A stretch of 24,000 bases of DNA from an uncultured archaeon (GTDB lineage Archaea > Asgardarchaeota > Lokiarchaeia > Sigyniarchaeales > SOKP01), in assembly GCA_964583985.1 (NCBI GenBank), contig CAZOYD010000023.1, positions 18,887 to 42,886 of the forward strand, in the 5' to 3' direction. The position numbers and the translations under genes were made by a program. Shown one piece after another: positions 6,566 through 14,176 of this stretch. The stretch's first letter is position 1. Every line of letters begins with the position of its first letter. Under the pieces are notes generated by a model. The model was not told the origin of the DNA and did no database searches. It was given only the letters and a program-made list of their open reading frames with translations.

Positions 6566-8659
6566 GTGATTTTTATAATGAATTCTAAAGGCTTATTTTT
6601 AGTTAGTCCAAACTTTGGGCATCCCAGAATATTGAATATTGACAGAGAATTAACCAAGCAAGACTTTAAAACAGATTTATTAATCATAACTCATATAAAG
6701 AATCCAGAAAAAGTAAAAGAATTATTAACTGACAATATAAAATTTATACCTATTTTTGAATATAAGTGGAAATTAGAGCATCTTCTCGAAAAAAGAGGAT
6801 TAAAAGAGAAAACTAAGAATGTTTGGAAAAAAATAAAAACAATTTTCTCATTTACCACAAAAGAAAAAGGATTTGAAATTTCAATTGAAGAATTTGATAA
6901 ATTTGGGAACAAACAAGTAAAAGTTATAAAAATGAAAAAGATAGATTTAAAGAAAATAAAGCCTCGTACTTTTAGGGGAACTCCAATAATCCCTAAAATC
7001 GCAAACCTAAAATTAACAACTCCAATAAAGATAAATAGCTCAATATATATCGATGATCAATATTGTAAACCACAGAATTATTTAAAAAAATTAGAGGTGT
7101 TTGGTAATTTAGAATATTTTTATACAATTACTTTAGAATTTAATTTAACTGATGAGATTTTAGACTTTTTATCAAATAGAAATTTCATTATGTTTGATAT
7201 TTTATTTGTAAATTCTAATTTGGATAAAAAAATAAATTATCATGCGATTGTCATTTCGAAAAATGATTGGAGAAATATCAATATCGTGCAAGCTACTGAT
7301 TTACATATAGCTAAAAGAAATGATGAAATGTTTAATAAAATTAATAATATGTATCGAAATCTTAGGAATAAAAATATCAAAAAAATGAATCAAATAAAAA
7401 CTAATCCCCCAAAATCAAATGATAAAGATGATATTAGAAAATCTCTTTTTAAAATTGATCTCTTATTTAAAAAAAGATTGATTAATCCAAACAATTTACT
7501 TAGAAAATTTGTTAAAATAATAAATAAAAAAGTTATCAATAATAAAATTGATTTTGTAATTATTACAGGAGATATTGTAGATTTTACCAATGTTGGATCA
7601 TCAAATCATAAAATTATTTTTGCTTATGAGAATAGTAATTGGAAAACTTTCAAAGATATTATCTTAAATATAGATCAAATTAAAAAAGAAGGTATAGAAA
7701 AATCAGAAGAAATCTTATGTCCTATCTTTACCATTCCCGGGAATCATGATTATCGACCTTGGCAATATGATTTAAATTGGGGAGGAATGTATAAAAGATT
7801 AGGTCTTAAAAAAGTTGAAGCTCAAGCATTAAAAGATCATTATTCAGCTTCTCCAATTAGAGCTATTTTAAAGAGTGAAAATGCATTGAAAGGATACTTA
7901 TCAGAAATAAATGCTTCATTAGATTACTATTTAAAATTAGGCAATTTTTTATTCATTTTTTTAAATACAGGGGCGGATTGCTATAAAAAAATGACTGATT
8001 TTATATCAGGAAGTCCCTCTTTAACAGGTCTTACTCAGAAGCAAATAACATTTTTAAATAATCTTATTAAGACTATGTTTAATGAAAAGTTACAAATTGT
8101 TCTTTGCTTACATGCACCTCCCATAAATACAAGAGAGAAACGAGGTATCTTGAGTCGTATAAAAAAAAAATTTAAAAAAATTATAAAAATAAGATTAGAT
8201 CAGTTCAGAGAATCAAAATTTAAAAGTCTAAAGAGAAAAAGAGAGAAAACACGTATTGATGATAAATTTAATATTAAATATGGAACGATTTCCTCTAATT
8301 GGGAGAAATTGATTAACTTTTGTTATGATTATTGTATTCTTACTATATCAGGTCATACACACATGTTAAATGAATATAGATTAAAAAAATCTTTACAAAA
8401 TAGCTCTAACGATAAAAAAAAGAAAGATTCATCAATTGCAGTATTTTATGATGATTATTCTGAGATTTGCATAAATAATGTAAGTATTCAAAAATATAGT
8501 CCCTTCATAGTTCAGACTCCTGCCTTGGGATTGAGATCCTTTAAAAGAATTGGGAAATTAGGAGCATATCGAGAGATAATTATCAAAGATGGAACATTAA
8601 CTTCATTTCAAGTTAATTATTTTTCAAATAATTATTTATTATCAAGGAAAAAGCTATAA
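6566..8659 (+). CDS. calcineurin-like metallophosphoesterase with ~240-aa unknown N-terminal domain and Lys/Asn-rich insertions
   Basis: All five MPE motifs occur in order: ATDLHIAKRND (DxH), ITGDIVDF (GDxxD), IPGNHDY (GNHD), LCLHAPP (H) and ISGHTHMLNEY (GHxH). A ~90-aa K/N-rich insert lies between motifs I and II, and a KR-rich insert lies between motifs IV and V. The start is GTG 6566 or ATG 6578. Confidence 0.8.
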   Translation: MIFIMNSKGLFLVSPNFGHPRILNIDRELTKQDFKTDLLIITHIKNPEKVKELLTDNIKFIPIFEYKWKLEHLLEKRGLKEKTKNVWKKIKTIFSFTTKEKGFEISIEEFDKFGNKQVKVIKMKKIDLKKIKPRTFRGTPIIPKIANLKLTTPIKINSSIYIDDQYCKPQNYLKKLEVFGNLEYFYTITLEFNLTDEILDFLSNRNFIMFDILFVNSNLDKKINYHAIVISKNDWRNINIVQATDLHIAKRNDEMFNKINNMYRNLRNKNIKKMNQIKTNPPKSNDKDDIRKSLFKIDLLFKKRLINPNNLLRKFVKIINKKVINNKIDFVIITGDIVDFTNVGSSNHKIIFAYENSNWKTFKDIILNIDQIKKEGIEKSEEILCPIFTIPGNHDYRPWQYDLNWGGMYKRLGLKKVEAQALKDHYSASPIRAILKSENALKGYLSEINASLDYYLKLGNFLFIFLNTGADCYKKMTDFISGSPSLTGLTQKQITFLNNLIKTMFNEKLQIVLCLHAPPINTREKRGILSRIKKKFKKIIKIRLDQFRESKFKSLKRKREKTRIDDKFNIKYGTISSNWEKLINFCYDYCILTISGHTHMLNEYRLKKSLQNSSNDKKKKDSSIAVFYDDYSEICINNVSIQKYSPFIVQTPALGLRSFKRIGKLGAYREIIIKDGTLTSFQVNYFSNNYLLSRKKL

Positions 8660-9118
8660 TCTAAAGTGATCATTAGTGACTTTCCAAGAAATATGAATTA
8701 GTATTAATATAATTAATGGTAGAAAAGATATGAATATAAATAATCCTATACTCGTTCAAGAGAATTAATTTATGGATTCGGAAACTTTAAGAAATTTATT
8801 TAATCGTGGTCAAAAACCAAATAATAAGAAAAATCATAAAAGCTAATTAGGAAACTATTATGGGAGAAAACAATTATTAGGGAGAATGGGCTCAAAATAA
8901 ATAATCAGATAGTAGCCTGTATATTTATATTGAAATAGATTTTAATCCTATTCCAATTTTATACTTTTCAGACATTCCTAATTCATTTACTCTTCTTAAT
9001 TGAATATATTTCTTTTATTTTATAAAATAAATTAACCTTTTATTTTGAATTATTATTCATAATATTTATAAGCTTTATTTTTCCTTAGTAATTATCAAAT
9101 AAGAGGATACTTCTTAAA

Positions 9119-9322
9119 ATGAATAAATTTCTTGATTTCGATAGGAAAAAGAATATCATATATTATAATATATTTTTAGATGAAAATGAAATCTTAATAA
9201 AAATTCCTCTAATTTCAAAATTGGACGAAAAAGGTCATTCAAAGGACGTATCTATTGAAAATTTTGATTTATTTAGCTATAATAATCATTTTTTATTTAA
9301 TTGTGACCATTATTACCAATAA
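9119..9322 (+). CDS. small hypothetical ORF
   Basis: 67-aa ORF in an AT-rich, low-coding region, with AAGAGGA 10-16 nt upstream of the ATG. No family recognised. The next ORF starts on the base after its TAA and is in the same frame. Confidence 0.3.
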   Translation: MNKFLDFDRKKNIIYYNIFLDENEILIKIPLISKLDEKGHSKDVSIENFDLFSYNNHFLFNCDHYYQ

Positions 9323-9499
9323 ATGAAAACTAATGAGGAATTAAAGATTAAAAGAAGATTAAGAAATAGCAATCAACCCAATACCCAAGAAATTCGATAT
9401 TGCTGTTTGGAAGGAGAGAATTTATTTTATGATAATATAGAATTAGAACATTTCACTAATGACATTAATTCGTCTCTTGTGAATATTGAGGAAAATTAG
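9323..9499 (+). CDS. small hypothetical ORF (58 aa), same frame as 9119..9322
   Basis: ATG 9323 abuts the TAA at 9320..9322. Translation: MKTNEELKIKRRLRNSNQPNTQEIRYCCLEGENLFYDNIELEHFTNDINSSLVNIEEN. It is below the ORF-track size cut-off. No family recognised. Confidence 0.25.
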   Translation: MKTNEELKIKRRLRNSNQPNTQEIRYCCLEGENLFYDNIELEHFTNDINSSLVNIEEN

Positions 9500-9776
9500 A
9501 ATTTTCTTTTTTAAAATTCAAATTCACGATAACTTCTGATTGAATTCTTGTCTAGAAAGTTAAGCCCGATGTTCCAATATCTTAAATAGCTCTAATAATC
9601 TTTCCGTATAATAGATAACTTATCATAAAGAGTAATTATTGATACTTGCCATTATGAATTACCTTGATTTAAATCCATTTAAAATTAAAATATTTAAATA
9701 GGATAATTCAATATATTATTATGAATGATTATTCAAATAATTATTCAATTATCCAAAATTTGAAAAGGAGATAAAT

Positions 9777-9968
9777 TTGAAAAGTTATCAAGAAATAATT
9801 AAAGGAGATACTTTTAATGAATCTGATGAGTATTTTGTAGAAACACACTTATCTAAAATGTGTTGGGGCTGTGAGACTAAACATAATTCAGGACACATGG
9901 TTTGGGATGCCTCTAAAATGCGTAGAATATTCTTTTGTGAAGATTGCTTTAAAAAAATGAAAAAATAA
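9777..9968 (+). CDS. small zinc-ribbon protein (CxxC...CxxC)
   Basis: 63 aa with CWGC (res 29-32) and CEDC (res 54-57), 21 residues between the two pairs. It has a TTG start, with a GGAG-containing SD (AAGGAGAT) ending 4 nt upstream. Confidence 0.5.
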   Translation: MKSYQEIIKGDTFNESDEYFVETHLSKMCWGCETKHNSGHMVWDASKMRRIFFCEDCFKKMKK

Positions 9969-10091
9969 TGCACTAACACTAAAATTAAACAAAAAATAAG
10001 AATTGGGGTTACTTTTACGTTAGTAAATGAAAGTCATGAAGATTATCTGAAAGCGATCTATCTAATTTCAAGACATAAAAAGGGAGGGTGG

Positions 10092-10388
10092 GTGTCAAAT
10101 TCGGAGATTTCCGATTATTTAGGAATTAAACCCGCTTCCGTGTCTGGGATGCTACATAAATTAAAGGATAATGGTTTCATTATGTGGAAACCAAGAAGTT
10201 CTATAAGGTTAACTCAAAATGGAAAGAATGCTGCTACTCAGGTAATCAAAAATTATATAAAATTAAAAAAATTTTTCATAAGTATCCTTAAATTAGATGA
10301 TAAAGATCTAATCGATGCATTATGCTGTGGTATTGAGCATCACATTACACCTGAAGTGAGAAATTCCCTAGATAATTTATTAAACTAG
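10092..10388 (+). CDS. DtxR/MntR-family metal-dependent transcriptional repressor (coordinates are the minimal GTG ORF; homology extends upstream to ~10026)
   Basis: The HTH region is VSNSEISDYLGIKPASVSGMLHKLKDNGFI, with ...LTQNGKNAA... and CCGIEHHITPE matching the metal-site/dimerisation region (EHH). The in-frame upstream sequence NESHEDYLKAIYLISRHKKGGW matches the family's N-terminal helix (xEDYLxxIY). There is no ATG/GTG/TTG in frame between the TAA at 9966 and 10092. Confidence 0.8.
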   Translation: MSNSEISDYLGIKPASVSGMLHKLKDNGFIMWKPRSSIRLTQNGKNAATQVIKNYIKLKKFFISILKLDDKDLIDALCCGIEHHITPEVRNSLDNLLN

Positions 10389-10498
10389 CTATTTATTTTG
10401 GAAATTTTATATATACTAGCTACTTAGAAAAACAAGCTTAAAAATGTTAAACATCTTTAACAATTAATTAAATTGTTTATTACAAATTAAAAAAGATA

Positions 10499-10795
10499 GT
10501 GAATGATATAAAAGAAGTGTCAGTTCTAATTTTAATTAAAGACGATCCCGAAAATGTTTGTGCAAAGTGTTGCAAAACGACACAAGTTATTGATAGAATG
10601 ATGGAAGAAATAGCAGAATTTAAGGACAAAGTAAAGATTATATATATAGATACCAAATCAAAAGAAGATATTGATAAATTTAAAAATCTCGAAAGACCTG
10701 CAGTTATCATAAATGATAAGGTGTTTTCTGAGGGACACATACCTATTATTAAAAAACTGAGCAGAGAATTATTCAAAATATTAAATTCAACTTAA
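10499..10795 (+). CDS. small thioredoxin-fold redox protein (Thioredoxin_3 / 'redox-active disulfide protein 2'-like)
   Basis: 98 aa. It has a CAKC(C) CxxC motif near the N-terminus and, later, ERPAVIINDKVFSEGHIP, which matches the family's conserved PA-[LV]-x-[IV]-[DN]-G/D-x-x-x-x-x-G pattern. GTG start. Confidence 0.7.
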   Translation: MNDIKEVSVLILIKDDPENVCAKCCKTTQVIDRMMEEIAEFKDKVKIIYIDTKSKEDIDKFKNLERPAVIINDKVFSEGHIPIIKKLSRELFKILNST

Positions 10796-10855
10796 CAGTT
10801 TTACAAGTGAAAAAAAGTGGGATATTTATTTAGTTTTTAATGTTTTTTAAATGAA

Positions 10856-11767
10856 TTATTTACTTTTTTCGTCAAAATCAGTTAAATGTTTGAATCGTCC
10901 ACCTAAAATATTTACCATATCTGAGGGAACAATAATCCATGCGCCTTTTTCTTTCATTGATTCATATAAAATATTCATTGCACGTAAATTTAATGCAACT
11001 TCATCACTTTCGTAAATTTTAGCCGCATTTATGAATTTATTGGCAATTTGTTCTTCAGAACCGGCTAAAATTATCCGGGCTTGGCGTTCTCTTTCCGCTT
11101 GTGCTTGTCTGCTCATTGCATCCTGTAATGCTGTAGGAATAATAACATCTCTAAGCTCAACAGCAATTGATTTTACACCCCATTCTTCCGTGCGTTCATC
11201 AATTATTCTTTCAAGTTCATGGGATATTTCTTCTCGCCCCACAAGCATTTGACTTAATTCTGTTTTTCCAATTATGTCCCGTAAAGAAGTTTGAGCTGCC
11301 CATGAAATCGCTGTCTGATAGTCTTGTACGTGGATAGATGCTTTAAACGCATCATTTACTTGCCAAAATAATACGGCATCTACATTAACGGGTACGTTAT
11401 CTTTCGTTAAGGTCTGTTCGGCTGAAAAAGTAGTCGTTATAATTCTAATATCTAACGTGAAAGGTATTTTATATACAAATGGGAATAGCCAAAACATCCC
11501 TGGACCACGCATTTTTTTATATTTTCCCAATAATAATGTTGGAACCCGTATCCATTCGGGTAGGATATAAATTCCTGCCATTAAAAAGCCTAAGACTATT
11601 AAAATAATGACTACTGTCAAAATTAAAATATTTATCGCAACTTGGAAAAATATATTTGCGATTACCATTCCAATTAAAACAATTAATCCAACAATAAAAA
11701 GAAAGTAGCCCACTCCACGTATTGAGTTTCCTCCTACTGAATATCGATTAAATTTATCTGACATCAT
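10856..11767 (-). CDS. SPFH/band-7 (stomatin/prohibitin-like) membrane protein
   Basis: 303 aa with N-terminal TM helices followed by a canonical SPFH core (TLTKDNVPVNVDAVLFWQV, LRDIIGKTELSQML, WGVKSIAVELRDVIIP). A coiled-coil tail follows (LQDAMSRQAQAERERQARIILA). Confidence 0.9.
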   Translation of the reverse strand: MMSDKFNRYSVGGNSIRGVGYFLFIVGLIVLIGMVIANIFFQVAINILILTVVIILIVLGFLMAGIYILPEWIRVPTLLLGKYKKMRGPGMFWLFPFVYKIPFTLDIRIITTTFSAEQTLTKDNVPVNVDAVLFWQVNDAFKASIHVQDYQTAISWAAQTSLRDIIGKTELSQMLVGREEISHELERIIDERTEEWGVKSIAVELRDVIIPTALQDAMSRQAQAERERQARIILAGSEEQIANKFINAAKIYESDEVALNLRAMNILYESMKEKGAWIIVPSDMVNILGGRFKHLTDFDEKSK

Positions 11768-11793
11768 AATTGTTTAAATGATTATCATCATTG

Positions 11794-11801
11794 TATAAAA
11801 A
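11794..11801 (-). promoter_or_regulatory. TATA-box-like element upstream of the SPFH gene
   Basis: The minus strand reads TTTTTATA 27-34 nt upstream of ATG 11767. That spacing fits a leaderless or short-leader archaeal transcript. It lies in the 39-nt gap after the hgcAB-like gene. Confidence 0.3.
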
Positions 11802-11806
11802 TGTTT

Positions 11807-12907
11807 TTATAATAATTTTAAACATTTTGCTAAACATCTATTAACACAGGCATTACAATTTATGCATTTTTCGAGATTTTTTAAATCAACCTTATTATCT
11901 TTATCATTAAATACATACAAATTCCTAGGGCATACTTCTATACACACCTTACATCCAATGCATTTTTCTCTCTCAATATTTATTTGTCCGTATGGTTGTA
12001 ATGTATATTCACCAAACAGGAATTTCATTTTCTTTCCACCTTTCTTCCATGTCTTTTCACCTAATTCACTTTTATAGATGGGTGTTAAGCCATTAAAATC
12101 TTCTGCCATAATCGTAGTAATTAACAGAGAAAATGAAATATTCCATAGCAGATAGAAAAGATCAAAAATAATAAACAAATTAAATATAGTAATTAGTCCA
12201 AGAATTATCCCTTCATAAATCCATACTTTTATTTTTCCTGTTCCTATGGGAATGCTTGGTAATAGTATCATTGACCCATAAATTATTATAACAAAAATCA
12301 AAAGTGTATCTAAATAGAGTAATAGATTCAAAATTGGTAAAAAAATTGCAGTAATCCAATAGATAACTGAAATAAAAAGAATTAAGATAAAGAAATATAA
12401 TGAAGCCATTTCTGCTCTGTGAGAGATAGGAAATCTTACTATTCTCTGTGCTTCTGACTTACTAAATTTTTGTTTTATAAAAGAAGGGATATCTTTAGCA
12501 TATACGGGACCGAACTTTATATCCCACTTTGTCTTTTTTTTAATAACGATTGGATCTATTCCGGGAGCGCTTAATTGGGGTATAATTAAAGTTCTATGAG
12601 AAACAAGATCATCGATTCCGCTGGTTTTTATAATTGATAGGACAGAATCCGTATTAAAATCATCTCCGCACGCTCCACACCATACATTGATTCCTTTAGA
12701 TGGAGCAACCAATAAATAACAGTCGAGATTCTTTATTGCTTTTAAAACTCGTTTTACTGTTAAATTAAAATTGCATGTTAGTAATACAGGACTTTCATTT
12801 GTAGGGTTTCCAATTTTAATGAGGGTTGGTTCAACAGGAAAACCCGTCCATCTTAGAAAAAATCCGAGGAATAATTTTATTGACTCTTTTATACTCATTT
12901 TTCTCAT
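11807..12907 (-). CDS. HgcA-HgcB-like fusion protein: corrinoid-binding (CFeSP/HgcA-type) domain + 4 TM helices + C-terminal 2x[4Fe-4S] ferredoxin
   Basis: The N-terminal domain follows the HgcA pattern: IGNPTNESPVLLTCNFNLT...YLLVAPSKGINVWCGACGDDFNTDSV...SHRTLIIPQLSAPGI...KFGPVYAKDIPSFI...RFPISHR. Four hydrophobic helices follow (res ~165-275). The C-terminus carries CIGCKVCIEVCP and CINCNACVNRC plus an extra C (LAKC). The cap-helix codons N74-G81 are at 12688..12665. Confidence 0.8.
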   Translation of the reverse strand: MRKMSIKESIKLFLGFFLRWTGFPVEPTLIKIGNPTNESPVLLTCNFNLTVKRVLKAIKNLDCYLLVAPSKGINVWCGACGDDFNTDSVLSIIKTSGIDDLVSHRTLIIPQLSAPGIDPIVIKKKTKWDIKFGPVYAKDIPSFIKQKFSKSEAQRIVRFPISHRAEMASLYFFILILFISVIYWITAIFLPILNLLLYLDTLLIFVIIIYGSMILLPSIPIGTGKIKVWIYEGIILGLITIFNLFIIFDLFYLLWNISFSLLITTIMAEDFNGLTPIYKSELGEKTWKKGGKKMKFLFGEYTLQPYGQINIEREKCIGCKVCIEVCPRNLYVFNDKDNKVDLKNLEKCINCNACVNRCLAKCLKLL

Positions 12908-12931
12908 ATTTAATAGTAATTATTATAACCT

Positions 12932-13594
12932 TTAGGATTGTTTTTTTTTCAACCTAAATAACTTTAAAGTATCTAATAAATAATATTTTTCTTCAATCAA
13001 AGAAAAATTATTACTTTCAAGTCGTATTTCTATATTTCTCAATGATTTAGTGGTCAATTGGGACTTAAAATATGTGATAATTATCAAGGGAGTTCTTATG
13101 AAGAAATAAACAATTTTTTTCCAAATTTTTTTAGGTTTCACCTCATCAACCAAAATAAATTCTCCATTATCTTTTAATATTCTATTGATTTGCTTTAAAC
13201 AAAAATCCTGCTCTTCCCCATAAAATTCACTAAAAGATAAAATGGCGATAATTTTATCAAATGACTTATCCGAAAATTTTTCATCTAATTCTATAACTGG
13301 CATTTTAATAACTTGAATACTCTTAGTTAATCCTTCTAATTCAATTTTTTTTTTAGCAACTTCAAGCATTTTTTCCGAATTATCAATACCGGTAACTATT
13401 ACTCCTTTTTTACCACATAGAATAGCGAAGGTTCCTGTACCCATACCGATATCTAAAATTGTTTCCTTTTTATTTATTAAGTTATCAACAATATACTTGT
13501 TGATTTTAAGTAAGCGTCCTAATGTCAAATTCTTCATTCCCTTGTCGTATCTTTCTGCCTTCTTTTCCAATGCTTTCATATAAACATAAGACAT
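12932..13594 (-). CDS. class I SAM-dependent methyltransferase (with hydrophobic C-terminal segment)
   Basis: 220 aa. Motif I is ILDIGMGTGTFAI, the acidic loop is VTGIDNSEKML, and the post-I/II motifs are IIAILSF and DNGEFILVD. The segment WKKIVYFFIRTPLIIITYF is hydrophobic. The gene ends 24 nt upstream of the hgcAB-like gene on the same strand. Confidence 0.8.
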   Translation of the reverse strand: MSYVYMKALEKKAERYDKGMKNLTLGRLLKINKYIVDNLINKKETILDIGMGTGTFAILCGKKGVIVTGIDNSEKMLEVAKKKIELEGLTKSIQVIKMPVIELDEKFSDKSFDKIIAILSFSEFYGEEQDFCLKQINRILKDNGEFILVDEVKPKKIWKKIVYFFIRTPLIIITYFKSQLTTKSLRNIEIRLESNNFSLIEEKYYLLDTLKLFRLKKKQS

Positions 13595-13703
13595 TTAAGA
13601 ATCAACTTTTTTATATAAATTACTTCTTTTTCTATATTATCTAAAATACTAATTTATTTATTTGCAGAATACTCTTAGGAAAATTAATAGTTCAATCTCA
13701 TCT

Positions 13704-14009
13704 TTAATTTTTTTTGATTTCATTCTCTTTTTCTTTTTTTAATTCCTTTAACTTCTGCTTCAACGCTTTTTTTTTATTCTTGGTTAAAATCGAAATCTCT
13801 TTATTAAATATTTTTAAAATATATTTTAATTCAGAGATTCTCCCGTTTAAATCTCTTTTTTCCTTCTTAATAGAACCCATATCTCGATAATCTTGTTCAT
13901 ATTTAGAATAGATTTCATTGAGAACTGTATCGAATTCGATTGAAATTTTTTTTTGAATTTCAGCTTCCTTTTCCTTATATTTTTCTTCGATTTCATTCAA
14001 ATTTGTCAT
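13704..14009 (-). CDS. small Lys/Glu-rich coiled-coil protein
   Basis: 101 aa, with heptad-like K/E/I/L composition throughout. No family recognised. Confidence 0.5.
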   Translation of the reverse strand: MTNLNEIEEKYKEKEAEIQKKISIEFDTVLNEIYSKYEQDYRDMGSIKKEKRDLNGRISELKYILKIFNKEISILTKNKKKALKQKLKELKKEKENEIKKN

Positions 14010-14143
14010 AATTATTATCTTTAGCCTAACTAATAAAAGTTTATTGAAATATTAGTAATATTAAATAACCATTCGATCTTGTTCTGTAACTGAAAAATAT
14101 AAGGATCATTCAATAAGAAAACAGAAAAGTCAAAAAAATCATA

Positions 14144-14167
14144 TTAACCGAATATCTATTCGGTTAA
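14144..14167 (-). terminator. perfect 11-bp inverted repeat followed by T-tracts, downstream of the 552-aa gene
   Basis: TTAACCGAATA-TC-TATTCGGTTAA lies 10 nt after the TAG stop (14179..14177). On the minus strand it is followed by GAUUUUUUUGACUUUUCUGUUUUC. Confidence 0.45.
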
Positions 14168-14176
14168 ATAAATAAT

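Noticed and set aside
8660-9776. AT-rich low-coding stretch as a mobile element or prophage remnant
   Set aside because: I found no integrase, transposase or recombinase motifs, no terminal inverted or direct repeats, and no flanking tRNA gene. The composition is not obviously different from the rest of this AT-rich window.
10027-10050. Out-of-frame ATG at 10027 plus a programmed frameshift as the start of the DtxR-family gene
   Set aside because: That frame terminates after 7 codons (ATGAAAGTCATGAAGATTATCTGA). There is no slippery heptamer that would allow a -1 shift into the DtxR frame.
11781-11792. C-box-like AAUGAUGA (minus strand) between the hgcAB-like and SPFH genes as a C/D-box sRNA
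   Set aside because: No D box (CUGA) or C'/D' motifs occur at suitable spacing, and the whole gap is only 39 nt and is taken up by a TATA-like element. A similar AUGAUGA...CUGA at ~8446..8466 lies inside the phosphoesterase CDS and is probably coincidental.
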